Part shown: piece after piece, positions 36,461 to 48,939 of the stretch | Layout: each line of letters starts with the position of its first letter | Numbering within the stretch: position 1 is the first letter of the stretch | Assembly: GCF_006345805.1 (NCBI RefSeq) | Contig: NC_043012.1 | Span: 5,704,001 to 5,768,000, forward strand | DNA: 64,000 nucleotides | Direction: 5' to 3' | Source: Octopus sinensis | Lineage: Eukaryota | Notes under the pieces: model-generated | What the model saw: the letters and a program-made list of their open reading frames with translations, nothing else | The model's database searches: none | What the model was told of the DNA's origin: nothing | Program-made: the position numbers and the translations under genes

Positions 36461-37474
36461 TAGGGTGTCACCACTAGAATAAGAATAGCCTGGGCAAAGT
36501 TTAGAAAGCTTCTACCCCTACTGGTGACAAAGAGTCTCTCGCTCAGATTAAAAGGTAGATTGTACAACGCATGTGTGCGAACTGCCATGCTTCACGGCAG
36601 TGAAACATGGACTGTGACTGTGGAGGACATGTGTAGGCTTGAAAGAAATGAAGCTAGCATGATCCGCTGGATGTGTAATGTCAGTGTGCACACATGATAG
36701 AGTGTAAGCACCCTGAGAGAAATGTTGGACATAAGAAGCATCAGATGTGGCATGCAAGAGAGACGTTTGCGTTGGTATGGTCATGTACTACGGATGGATG
36801 AGGAGAGATGTGTGAAGAAGTGCCACTTCCAAACAGTTGAAGGAATCCAGCGTAGAGGTAGACCTAGGAAGACATGGGATGAGGTGGTCAAGCATGACCT
36901 TCAAACATTGGACCTCACAGAGATCTCTAGAGATATGCTGTGACTGCGAAGACCCGATAAATAACGTGAGTACATGGCTGTTTCCTGCACCAGCTTCACA
37001 TAGCAGCCTCAGCCCATCCAAAGTAATTTGGATCACAGGACAGCCTGCTGTGCTTACCTTGGATTGTAGGGCGACCTGCTGTACTTGAGGAGACCTGTTG
37101 AGTCAAGTACATCACCATCAAAATAAAAATCAAATGTAAACTGTAGTTGTGATACCCATGCTTGTGGCACATAAACAGCACCATCTGAACGTGGCAGATG
37201 CCAGCGCCGCCTTAACTGGCTTCCATGCTAGTGGCCTGTAAAAAGCACCAACCGATCATGGCCGTTGCCAGCCTCACCTGGCACCTGTTTCAGTAGCACG
37301 TAAAAAGCACCCACTACACTCATGGAGTGGTTGGCGTTAGGAAGGGTATTCAGCTGTAGAAACACTGCCAGATCAAACTGGGCCTGGTGCAGCCTCCTGG
37401 CTTCCCAGACCCCAGTCAAATCGTCCAACCTATGCTAGCATGGAAAACGGACGTTAAACGATGATGATGATGAT
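36461..37474 (+). mobile_element. 5'-truncated RTE-clade LINE: ORF2 C-terminus plus 3'UTR with (GAT)n tail
   Basis: TTRIRIAWAKFRKLLPLL..KGRLYNACVRTAMLHGSETW..RRLRWYGHVLRM..RGRPRKTWDEVV, followed directly by family-C sequence and TGATGATGATG. Confidence 0.9.
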
Positions 37475-37511
37475 GTGTATATATATATATGTGTGTGTGT
37501 GTATATATATG

Positions 37512-37760
37512 CCGGTGGCACGTAAAAAGCACCATCCGTCCGTGGCCGTTTGCCAGCCCCGTCTGGCACCTATGCGGGTGGCACGTAAAAAGCACCCACT
37601 ACACTCACGGAGTGGTTTGTGTTAGGAAGGGCATCCAGCCGTAGAAACACTGCCAGATCAAACTGGGCCTGATGCAGCCTTCTGGCTTCCCAGACCCCAG
37701 TTGAACCGTCCAACCCATGCTAGCATGGAAAGCGGACGCTAAATGATGATGATGATGATA
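37512..37760 (+). mobile_element. Family-C element (tandem second copy)
   Basis: Two gtggcacgtaaaaagcacc units, gttaggaagggcatccag motif, (GAT)n tail. Confidence 0.85.
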
Positions 37761-37777
37761 TATGTATATATATGTAA

Positions 37778-38590
37778 GCAGACTGGAAATCGATCCAAAA
37801 AAAGATCCTCAGACAGGACTGGCCGAAATGTCTCTCCATACCATACATTGACATGAAACTAGAATGTTTCATGTCTGTTGTGCAAGCCATATGCCAGAAA
37901 TATGTCTCAGAGCACAAGGCTAAAACAAATATGAAGAAGGTTCCAAGGGAGAAGAAGATCCTCATGAGATGACAGACGAAGGTTGCAAATCAACTCGACC
38001 AACATCCCAAAAGTAGCGTACGGTCCCGCCTAAAAACAACACTGATGGAGATTGTAAAAAGGCTCCAGCAATCATCCTATTTGAGGGAGAGAGCAGACAA
38101 AGAAGCCTGGGTTATAAGAAACATTAAGTCAAACCCAAAGGCCTTCTTCCATTACGTGAAAGAAACAGCCTCAGTACGCTGCAAGATAGGAACCCTCTTC
38201 CAAAAGGATGGCTCCCTCACAGACAGTCCAACTAGGATCAGTGAGGTACAGAATGACCACTTCAAAAGTGATTTTACCACCCTATTGGAAATGGACAAGT
38301 GAACGAACTTGTGGACTTCTTTGCCGCCTCACTTATAACCAGCGAGGCAGTTACGATGGAATACATCGACATTAGCGAAGAAAATATACTACTAGCCATA
38401 GATGAGATGGATGCAAACTGAACTTCTGGTCCTGATGGTTTCCCAGCAATCCTCCTCATATCGTGTAAGCATATCCTGGCAAAACCCCTCCAGATTCTCT
38501 TCCAGTGCTTTCTTGTAAATGGCAGACTGCCAAGCAAGCTGAAGGAGGGGATAATATGCCCAATCCATAAAGGGGGAAGCAGAGCAGCTA
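37778..38590 (+). mobile_element. CR1-clade LINE ORF2 fragment (APE-RT linker and RT N-terminus)
   Basis: ADWKSIQKKILRQDW..NIKSNPKAFFHYVK..IDISEENILLAIDEMDAN*TSGPDGFPAILL..LAKPLQILF..KEGIICPIHKGGSRA; few stops, one frameshift. Confidence 0.88.
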
Positions 38591-38928
38591 AAAGTTGTTA
38601 CTGAATGGCACGAGGAACATTCTAGTGAAATTGAGCATCTTATCTGGCCACCACAGTTCCCAAATCTCAATATTATTGAACATTTATGGTGCATTTTAGA
38701 AAAACAAGTAAGGAGTCGATATCCTCCACCATCATTACTACAAGAAAACTGGAAACTGTTTTAGCTGAAGAATGGACAAAATTTCCTTTGGAAACAATTC
38801 AAACTTTTTATGAGTCCATATCCCATAGAATTGAAGCTGTAATTACTGCCAGAGGCGGTCCTACTCCATATCAAAATAAATTTGTTTGAAATTTTAAGGT
38901 GTTTCTATTACTTTGTCTAACCCCTGTA
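38586..38928 (+). mobile_element. Tc1/mariner transposase 3' end with right TIR and TA
   Basis: KVVTEWHEEH..IWPPQFPNLNIIEHLW (WPxQSPDLNxIExLW motif)..WTKFPLETIQTFYESISHRIEAVITARGGPTPY; terminus TTTGTCTAACCCCTG|TA at 38926. Confidence 0.9.
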
Positions 38929-40598
38929 CATATGTATATATATATGTATATTCACATTGATGTGTTTGTATGTGTATCTCTTCACTGTAGTTTCTCCCCC
39001 TGCCTCTCTGCCCCTCTCTGTATTAGAAACTGATGCATAAGTGAAGATGGTTGCCTTGGGTTCACTTTGTTAAATTTCTGGTAAAAAAAGAAAAAATGTT
39101 AATTCACACTCCAGACTTTCCTCTCGGTTGATTCCCCTCCCCCCCCTTTTAGTGCAAGATTTTCATAAAAAAAGATTCCAAAATGAATAGTATAAACCAG
39201 CTCAGTATGCCACTGTATGAATATGTATGTGTTTTTTTTTGTGCATATACATGTGTGTTTGCGTCTGTGTGTATATTACATGTGTGTGTGTGTTTGTGTG
39301 TAAGTAGCACAGTATTGAAGTATGGCTGTATGGTTAAGAAGTTTGTTTCACAGTCAGGTGACCCCTGGTTCTATACGAATGTGTGGCATCTTGGGCAGCT
39401 GACGTCTTCTATAGTCTCGAGTCAGCTCAAGAATTGTGCGTGAAATTGGGGTACATTGAAACTGTTTAAGAGCCCATCAAATGGATTGCACCTGTAATTC
39501 AAAAGGCCAGTTTTGTCATGCAGTATTCATGCTGATTCCATCTGAAAATTACATTGAGGGTGCACCTGCCTGTGGAGTAAAATGATTTGGTAATTCAAAG
39601 AACTACTGAGAACTTGTGGTTAGATAATATAAATGATCCATTCCATTGTGTATGTATGTGTGTATTATATATTATATATATAGTTATTGTTTTCATGTAG
39701 ATGGTGTCTGATTATTTTTTTCTTAAAATACTCTAATGTTCTATACCAATGTGTGTGAAACATTATATATTTACTTGGTGATTCTTCAACATTACTTTGG
39801 AAGATACTGTGAAATCTGTGCGTCACTGAAGAGGTCTAACAAGGCTAAAACATGCTTCCAGTTGTGTTTTGTATTTACTTGGATAATTAAAATAATATTA
39901 AGCATTGACTATAATGTAATCTTTTCAGTTTTCTCTCATTTTTGTAATCAATGAAATTTAATGCAATGAAGTTCCAAGCCCTTCGCTATCCTATCAGTCC
40001 CCAATGCACAAAGCTGGAAGAAATTACAATGCTAATTGGAAAATAAGCCAGACTTAGGAATTGCAATAAGAAACGAGCAACATTATTCCATGTGCATTAT
40101 GATGGCAGTTTCTTTGTGACCAAAGACAATGAATAAGAGTGACCCGTCAAGTGACTATGTAAACCGATCCTTGACTCTGCAGGGTTTTTCTTCTTGCCTG
40201 CACTTAGTAGCATTAAAGTGAGGGTCAATCTGTGCAATCGATTCTCACTCGTTATACTTGGGGGTGGGGGGTGGCTTAGTGGTTAGAGTGTTGGACTCGT
40301 GATCATAAGATTGTGGTTTCAATTCCTGGACCAGGTAATGAGTTGTGTTCTTGAGCCAAATGCTTCGTATCACGTTGGCCTAGTCCACTCAGTCGGGAAA
40401 AACGAGTAACCATGCAACGGACTGGCGTCCCATCCAGGTGGGGAGTTTGTACGCCATGGAAACCAGAAAACCACCCCTTATGAATCAACATGACTCAAGA
40501 AGGTGTGTATGCATGTATATTATCAGCCACATGCCCTCCCTGCGTCCAGGGATCAGTTTGCCAAGACTCTCCAGTTCCTTCATTGGGGTGTCATATCA

Positions 40599-40643
<45 letters not shown>

Positions 40644-40681
40644 CATCCTAGCTTTATTCTGGGTACTTTCAATATATATAT

Positions 40682-40730
<49 letters not shown>

Positions 40731-40924
40731 TTGCACACGTGTATGGAATGTGCCCAGTATTGAACATAAATATTCAATACACCTGTTATATCGAATACTG
40801 TACATGCACCTTTGATAAGTTGTAGTGCACCTGAGCACTGTACACAATAATTTCATTATTATTATTAAGCAAAAGGTCTTATGGAGAGCTTATCTGTTTA
40901 ACTAGTCCATCGAAATCAAATTCG

Positions 40925-41348
40925 ATGACTGGCATCCGTTGCGAGTGGAGCGCTAAGAGTACCATACGAGTGAGACCATTGCCAGAGCAACAAGCTGGTC
41001 TTCGTGCAGATGGCACGTAAAAAACACCATTCGAGCGTGATCGTTACCTGCGTCGTTCCACTGGCATTTGTACCATTGGCACAAGAAAAAACATGTCGTT
41101 GCTAGTGCTGCTGGACTGGCTACTGTGCAGGTGGCACATAAAAAGCACCATTTGAGCGTGGTTGTTGCAAGTACCGCCTGACTGGCCCTCGTGCCTGTGG
41201 CACGTAAAAGCACCCACTACACTCTCGGAGTGGTTGGCTTTAGGAAGGACATCCAGCTGTAGAAACCCTGCAAGATCAGATTGGAGTCTGGTGCAGCCAT
41301 CTGGTTCGCCAGTTCTCAGTCAAATCGTCCAACCTATGCTAGCATGGA
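40925..41348 (+). mobile_element. Family-C element with four internal tandem units
   Basis: Repeated (g/a)tggcac(g/a)taaaaa(g/a)cacc units; ttaggaaggacatccagctgtagaaac; ends at gctagcatggaa. Confidence 0.85.
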
Positions 41349-41399
<51 letters not shown>

Positions 41400-41400
<1 letters not shown>

Positions 41401-41461
41401 ACTTTCACATATATACGCGCACGTACACACACGTGTACGTGCGCGTATATATGTGAAAGTT
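41400..41461. repeat. Perfect CpG-rich palindrome (29-bp arms, 4-nt loop)
   Basis: AACTTTCACATATATACGCGCACGTACAC-ACAC-GTGTACGTGCGCGTATATATGTGAAAGTT. Confidence 0.92.
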
Positions 41462-42146
41462 CATACGGTTATACACACGCACTGTTCACACTGAGAGACT
41501 TCCTCTCCCTCCCCTCCTACATGATACTACAGACATTACACACGTCGAATGAAGTGTCGAGTTTGTGGTGGCGGCGGCGGTGTGTAAGTCATGTTGCAAG
41601 CTGTCTGGTGTTCGAGACAGTACATTTTTTTACCATCGTTATTTAGTGCTGTCTGAAACGACTTACTTCCACATATTTTTCTTTAATTCGAAATAAAATA
41701 CACCACACACACACGTTTGTAGTGTGTGCGTGTGCGCGCGCTAGAAGTAGCCCCCTCCCCCCGCCAATCTCACTCGGCTGTTCATACCCATCCCTACCGT
41801 CTTCAAAAGAAAAAAAAGAAAAGAACATCGAGATACAAATTGGATGACTATATCTGAGGCACTAACTATATCTGAAAAATAGTAATTTTTAAAATTTTAT
41901 AAATTCCCTCGGCGGGATAGCCAAGGCTGGGGTGTGTGTCTTGGGTCACAGACGTGCCCACTTAATCAGAACTGAATTTAGGCGGCTAAACGAATGAAGA
42001 ATAAAACTACATTGTCTTAATTTATAAACCCTTATGTATTCTCCACGTGATTATTTCTTCATCAACACTATTGTTATTATTATTATTATTTCTTCATCAC
42101 CATTATTATTATTATTATTGAGTGAGAGAGCAGTGCATGCCATCAA

Positions 42147-42196
<50 letters not shown>

Positions 42197-42320
42197 CTGC
42201 ATGAATTGTTTTACGAAGTGAAAAAGCGACTGGGGCGGAAAACGCACAAAAGACAAAGAAAAAAAATTAACGAATCCCAAAAACAAACAAACACTTAGAA
42301 TTTGCGTGTAGATACTCGTG
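41462..42320. promoter_or_regulatory. Candidate promoter / first-exon region
   Basis: CpG-retaining; GC-box overlapping CCAAT (CCCGCCAAT, about 41760), GGGGCGGAAAA at about 42232, and a minus-strand consensus donor GAA|GTAAGT (GT at 41666-41665). Confidence 0.4.
42065..42195. repeat. (ATT)n microsatellite, interrupted
   Basis: Direct reading. Confidence 0.9.
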
Positions 42321-44270
42321 ATCTCTCTTGGAATGACTGGCTCCTTCTGTTAAAAATCAATATTAACTTGGAAAATCACTAGTACTTGTTGCTATTGTTG
42401 TTGCTGTTGCCATTATTTAGCCCCAGGTCATCTGTGATCGAGCTGGTTTATTGTTATGAAGAGTGTCCCAAGCTCTTTTATCCAAGCAGTATATATTTAA
42501 GGCCATGACAGTATTTTATGATGATGTGTCCTACATGTTTTTAAAGACAACAGAGAATGATTTGTCTGCTATTTCTAGCTGCTCGAGCGTCCATGTAGAA
42601 GCTTTCTCTTCAGCTCGTAATTTACACGTTTCTTATTGTTGTTTGTCACACAGGTCAGCTCTCATCGAGCCAGTCCTATGTTTCAGCCGTGACCATCTTG
42701 TCTTTTATTATTGTTACGCTGGGCAAAATGTTTAGCAGAATTTTTGACCTGAAGTTCGAATTCCGCCGAAGTCGACTTTGCCGTTCATCCTTTCGGGATC
42801 AATAAAATAAGTATTAGGGGTCAACGCCATCAGCTAACTCCTTTCCCCCTAAAATTTCAGGCGTTCCAATCTAAAAAGGAGTTTTATTATTTTTGAAGTT
42901 TTCCGGGCAGTATACGTATCTTGTCTCAGGGCCTCAACTGTTGAATGGAACCGTTTTGGGGACATATTTAAAGCTTGGGAAAGGCCTTCCATTTCATGTG
43001 AGACCATAGTCGTTATCTCCCAGAAGAGACAAGATTCGACAATCAAAACAGAGCTGAAAGAACGAGAAGCGAGCTTGACAGTGTATCTAGAAGTAGATAC
43101 ATTGTGTTTTTTCTAAGTACTATTGTTATTTAGACTTTAAAAAATTACCTGTCAAGTACTATGATCAATGTGGACGATTATCACCTTCTATTCCTAATAT
43201 TTGAGGTATTCTTCGTAGATTAGTCACTGTTATTATATCTTCTGAATTTAAATTTATCTTCTAAATTTAAATCTCGCCGAATTAGTTTTGCATTTAGCCT
43301 TTTAGGGTCAGTAGATTAAAGTATCAATCATATACTGGGATCGATGGCATCTACTAACCAGCCCCCCTCCCCCATCTTTAAGAATTTCTAGCCTTGTGTC
43401 TAAAATTAGAAACAATTCTTATTGTATCGCAGTATGTATTTTGTTTGGTCAATTCAGCTGTGTTTCGGCACCGCCGCTATCGACATAATATACAAACCTT
43501 TTTCTAAGGGGACTCATTTAGCACGTGCTTGTGTCTACGCATTTTCTGCGTTTGCCTTTGTTTGTTTGTTTCTTTTTTCTTTCTTTCTTTGTGCGCGTGT
43601 ACACACACACACACACACAGTGGAAGCTATGTATTGTGATAACTTTGGGGTGGGACCATAAGTTTGATCACAATAAGTAGTGGATATAGCATAACAGTAA
43701 CCTGAATGAGTTTGGATATTGTTATCACTAATTTTGAGACCAACAAATGTTCGATATTAATCATGATTATCACACACACATACATATACTCAGACACATA
43801 AATGTGTGCGTTAATGTATGTATGTATGTTTTATTTGTTTTGTCAGTCTCAGCTCAAAGCTGCGGCCATGCTGAAGCCGTTTTATGTATGTATGGATGGA
43901 TGGATGTATATACGCTTATGCGTTCTGGATCTTGATAAAGTCTTTGCGTCATTAAAAAATTTTATAACTTTAATACTATATATGGAAGAATTAAATCGTA
44001 ACCTCACCCCCTCAACAAAAAACAAAAGACATTTAGAAACCTGCATGTTTTATCAACGTCAATCACATTAATATTGCAGATGCTTATTAATGTTTGCAGA
44101 GGTTTGGAAATACTCGTCTTGTAAACCACAGGGATTGAGTTCGTTTCTCATTCGGGACTTTAGAACTACATTTTTTTTTAACGCTGCCCCAGTTTGGCTG
44201 CAGTCCATAGACTGAAACAAGATAAAATTGTAACTTTATTTTTAATTTACGGGATAAACATCTCGTACAG

Positions 44271-44472
44271 TCGATGACTTGCGAGCGAAGATTTATATGA
44301 ATCAGAGTACAGCTGAAAATAAACTACAAAATCTATTTCGAGAACTTCAAAATAACATCATGGTTTGTATATGTGTAACGACAATGGATATATTGTAAAT
44401 TAACATCACCAAGAATATATCTATTTAAAAACATAAAATGAATTCTTTTACTTCTTTTCACAGGCGGATTAA
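44271..44472 (+). CDS. Candidate two-exon 3' coding end (or small ORF): xDDLRAKIYMNQSTAENKLQNLFRELQNNIM / AD-stop
   Basis: Exon 44271-44362, donor ATG|GTTTGT, 101-nt AT-rich intron ending TTCTTTTACTTCTTTTCACAG (44463), then GCG GAT TAA. Helical-looking peptide, no recognised homology. Confidence 0.3.
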
Positions 44473-44720
44473 TTCTATCTTGCATAGAATTAAAGTTGTA
44501 CACAAACTTAAAATTCCATAGCGATTTTGACTTTATACTCAGACATACATGTCCGTTCGTGGATACATGTATGAATATTCTGTCTATATATTTGTTTGTA
44601 CGTCCGTCGTAATCAGAGGCCTTATTATAATTATAGCAGTGCGTTTTTAGGGAATTTGAATTCGTAACACAGTTTCGAACCCGAGTAGAAACACACACAG
44701 AGGCACAACGGTAATGTGCT

Positions 44721-44880
44721 AGTTCAAATTCCGCCGAGGTCGACTTTGCCTTTCATCCTTTCGGGGGTCGATTAAATAAGTCCCAGTTACACACTGGGGG
44801 TCGATATAATCGACTTAATACCTATGTCTGTCCTTGTTTGTCCCCTCTATGTTTAGCCCCATGTGGGTAATAAAGAAATA
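44721..44880 (+). mobile_element. 5'-truncated family-B SINE with 11-bp TSD
   Basis: GGTAATGTGCT at 44710-44720 and 44881-44891. Confidence 0.88.
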
Positions 44881-45896
44881 GGTAATGTGCTTGTTCAACT
44901 TGGTTTCGAACCCATGTAGAAACCAACGACACGCGCGTTCACGTGTTTGTCCAATTGTGTTGTCAAGCTAGCCAGCTAAAGCAATGCCGACGCATTTTCA
45001 CGTGATGCGAACGAAAGATGTAAATAAAGTGCGTGTTTTGTATGAGAGTATTTATGTGCAAAAATTACATGCGATGCAGCAACGAACACAACTAAAGTAT
45101 AATAGTATCTATAAAGGTTATCTGCGTGTATGTTAAGAGGTGTAAAATATTAAAGTACTGTTTATGTAGTGTAAACATTATATGATATAAAACTCAATAG
45201 AGTTGTGAACAGTCTAGCCAAGGGCGAAACGCAGTATGATGTCGGTTTTTGCTATGATAAACAGTGTGTGTATGTGTGTGTGCGTGCTAGTTTGAATTTA
45301 TTTTAATAACGCACTTCTAACGAAAATAACTAAGCATTTACTAGTGGTGTGAGTGTACCCTTAGTAGTCAAATTATTGTGGAGTTGATCTTCCCTATTTG
45401 TGTGTGTGTGTATCCAACCCATGCCAGCATGGAAAACGGACGTTAACTGATGATGGTATAATAGCAGAGACCAAATTGTTTATGTTTACGAATAAAATTT
45501 CAGTTTTTATTTTTAGTGTTTTACAACTTTCCCACTGTACTTTGAATATTCACTGTTAATTTGGTTACTCTTAAAGTTTTGTAATAACATAGATTACTTA
45601 CTATAGCTCTCTTGTATACTCCTGTACATAACTTTATTAAAAAAAAATAACAACAAAAAAATAAAAAACTGCTGATGAACAATGTGTTCAATATTGAATT
45701 TACAAAAAAATTAAAGCTGCTTGAAATATACAACTGGTTCAGGGCCATCTTCGCAATGTTATAGGCTCCTGGTGAAACCAATAAACTGGATCCTATAGTA
45801 TTTATTGGCAGCAAGGCACAACATTCAAAGATCAGAATTGGGCCCCTAAACCCATTAGGGCCAAGTGTGCTGATGCCCCAACCCATCAGCAATGGT

Positions 45897-46192
45897 GGAG
45901 GTACATGACCTAGTGGTTAGAGCAGTGGACTCGCGGTCTAGGGATCGTGAGTTCGAATCTCAGACCGGGCGATGTGTTTGTTTATGAGCGAAACACCTAA
46001 GCTCCATGTGGCTCCGGCAGAAGGTAATGGCGAACTTCTGCTGACTCTTTCGCCACAACTTTCTCTCACTCTTTCCTCCTGCATCTTGCAGCTCACCTGT
46101 GATGGACCAGCGTCCCGTCCAGGTGGGGAACCTATATGCCAAGAAACCGGGAAACTGGCCCTTATGAGCCAGGCATGGCTCGAGAAGGAACA
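45897..46192 (+). mobile_element. Family-D-related SINE with a different 3' part
   Basis: Same tRNA head and body as 14307, then gatggaccagcgtcccgtccaggtgggg instead of the 14.5-kb tail. Confidence 0.8.
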
Positions 46193-47879
46193 TTATCTAT
46201 CAGCAATGAGATTATTCTGCTCAATGTAATATTGTTTTGAATTAACCATGCATTATCTTGTAGCTTAGAGATTTCAATGATGTGACAGTATATTTTTAGA
46301 ATGACATTGTAGGGTAAGCGTAAGAGGCAGGATCTAGTTGGTTTTGACATAAAGCAGGAAGAATATTTGGTTGGGAAATGACAGGCTTAAATGTGGGATA
46401 AAAGGTGAAAGCTATTCTCTAACCAAATACCAGGCCTAAGTACTTGTAACAGAGTGAACCCTGCTGAATGTACTCTAGAATCAGATGAGTTTAACCCTTT
46501 GATATTTAACCCATCCATATCTGGCCCAAATGTCCTTCCTGTTTTATGTTTAAACTGACCAAATCCAACTTCTCACAACTACCTTACAACGTCATTCTAA
46601 AAATAAACAAAATCGCACCAATAAAATAACTTAGCAGTCAAATAAGTGCTGGGTTTGAGGATATCAACTAAACCATTCCTCTTGAAACTGCTGGCCTTGT
46701 ATCTAAATCACCATCATCATCATCATTATTATTAAGGTGGGGAGCTGGCAGAATTGTTAGCAAGCTGGATGAAATGCTTAGCGTTATTTCACCTGTCGCT
46801 ACATTCTGAGTTCAAATTCTGCTGAGGTCAACTTTGTCTTTCATCCTTTCGGGGTTGATAAATTAAGTACCAGTGAAATTCTGGGGTCGATGTAATCAAC
46901 TAGTCCGCTCCCCCCAAATTTCAGTGCTTGTGCTTATAACAGGATTATTATGGTGGCAAATGAGTTGGCAGAGTTGTTAGCAGACTGGACAAAATGCTTT
47001 GCAACATTTCGTTTGTTGTGTCCTGAGTTCAAATCTTGCAAAGGTCAACTTTGTCTTTCATCCTTTTGGGGGTCAATCAAATAAGTACCAGTTGTATATG
47101 GGTGCATGTGTGTATCTGCATATTTCTTTGTGTTGCTCCTTTCATTTCTCCTGTCAATGGATCATATATTGGCTTTGCACTTCCAAAGACATGTGGGATA
47201 AGATATGCCTTAATTGAAATACAGGTAAGGGCATCCAGCTGTAAAATAATGCCTCAATTGTATATTCATCTAACCCATGCTAGCAGGAAAATAACAGATG
47301 TAAGAATAAATGAATGAATGAACTGTACACCTGTGGTGTTTACTTACATTCATTTATGCTCTGGTTTCAAATCTTATCAAGCTAAAGTTAGGCCTACCTC
47401 CTCCCAGGTTCTTGATAAAATAAGTAGCAACTGAGTGAGTATTTGGAGTCCATAAAATGCAGTATACCCATTACTTGAAGTGTTTGACTTTGTGCCCATG
47501 TTAGAAATTGTTGCCTTAGACAGAATTCCTCAAAGTACTTACTTGCATCCTTTTACATTCCAAGTTCAAATCCCATCAGAGTCACCTTTTATTTTTTTAT
47601 CCTTCCAGAGTTGATAAGATATGTACCAGCATGGGCCCTCAGAAATTCCGGGTTGGTGTCCGACATGCTGGAAGACCACTGGGGGTGAGGCAGCTCTTAG
47701 CTTTTGTTGAAGCATGTCTCTAAAACCTGCTTCAAAGCCAAGCTATGTCTGTTCCGATAATCAGTGGTGACTTTGTCAGTAAATCCACTGCATCAGTTGA
47801 TAATCAATGGCAAGATGAGCTGCTATGGAATACACTATCCCAAAGAGTGTCTGCATGTGACCTGGGATCATGCATGAAC

Positions 47880-48212
47880 TTGTGTTCACACTAAAACTCC
47901 TAACACAAACTCTACTTTTCCACAATGAACGACAACTACAGGTATGACTCTTGTGTCATCTCTTGTGAAAGGTAGGAGAGTCCAGGTTGCTGGACATTGT
48001 TGTAGAGCTGAAAAAGAGGTAATTTCTACTCTCCTCCTCTGGAAGCCATCTACTCGCAATGTCAGAGGGCGCACATTCTCCTACCCTGATGTAATCTCCA
48101 GGGATACAGGCATCCAGCAACAGGACCTCTGTAATGCCATGATGGACCGTGAAGTCTGGCGTAGCATGGTAAATTCCATTGTCTCGACCACGGTCGAACA
48201 ATGATGAATGAT
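47880..48212 (+). mobile_element. RTE-clade LINE 3' end (second subfamily)
   Basis: RRVQVAGHCCRAEKEVISTLLLWKP..RGRTFSYPDVISRDTGI..AMMDREVWRSMV, then a TGA-repeat tail. Confidence 0.8.
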
Positions 48213-48939
48213 GATGAGAGGTATGACATCTGCACTATCTCATGTGCATACTCTCCCACTGGAGCATTTATTTATCAAATTTGCAAGCTGGGTTTTTGCT
48301 TTGGATGTGGTCAGCATTTGTGAGGGATATAGTGAATCCATTGGTTGTCGCTGGCTCAGTGCACCTCTGGTGAGTACTGATGCAGATACAAATACGAGCA
48401 GTACCAGTCAAGTAGTGCGGTTGATATAATTATCTCTATCCCTCTCCCCTTTCTCTAATTTGTGGACTTGTGGTTGTTCAGAATCATTAGGAGTTAAGAT
48501 AATAAGGTATATATATTCATAGCTTGACACTCCACTATTTATCTCTACCTGTACATTGCTGATAAATACAAATATAAATTCAAGTTTAATAGTTATTATG
48601 GATAGTGTTCAATTAGTATTTGCTTAGATCAATACCGAGAGTTTGCTTTTGATAAAAGGAAAAGTGTTTTGATTGCAAGACAAACAAACAAACAAATGTT
48701 GTATGATAAAATAAATATTTTGAAGAATATATGTGTTATACTTTAATTTGAATAGACGTATTAGTTATGACTATTATCAAAGGAAAATCATAATATAAAT
48801 ATATATATTAGAGCAACAGACACACTTACGACAAGGAGGTTAAGTTAGAAGTAAAAATAGTATTGTAAATATTTGGTTATGAAGAAAACTGATAAGTTTA
48901 AACAAACAAGAAACCATCTTTAAAACAAATGTTTATAAA

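Noticed and set aside
42849-43046. Minus-strand 65-aa ORF MEGLSQALNMSPKRF..
   Set aside because: Its C-terminus is read from a SINE tail; no independent support.
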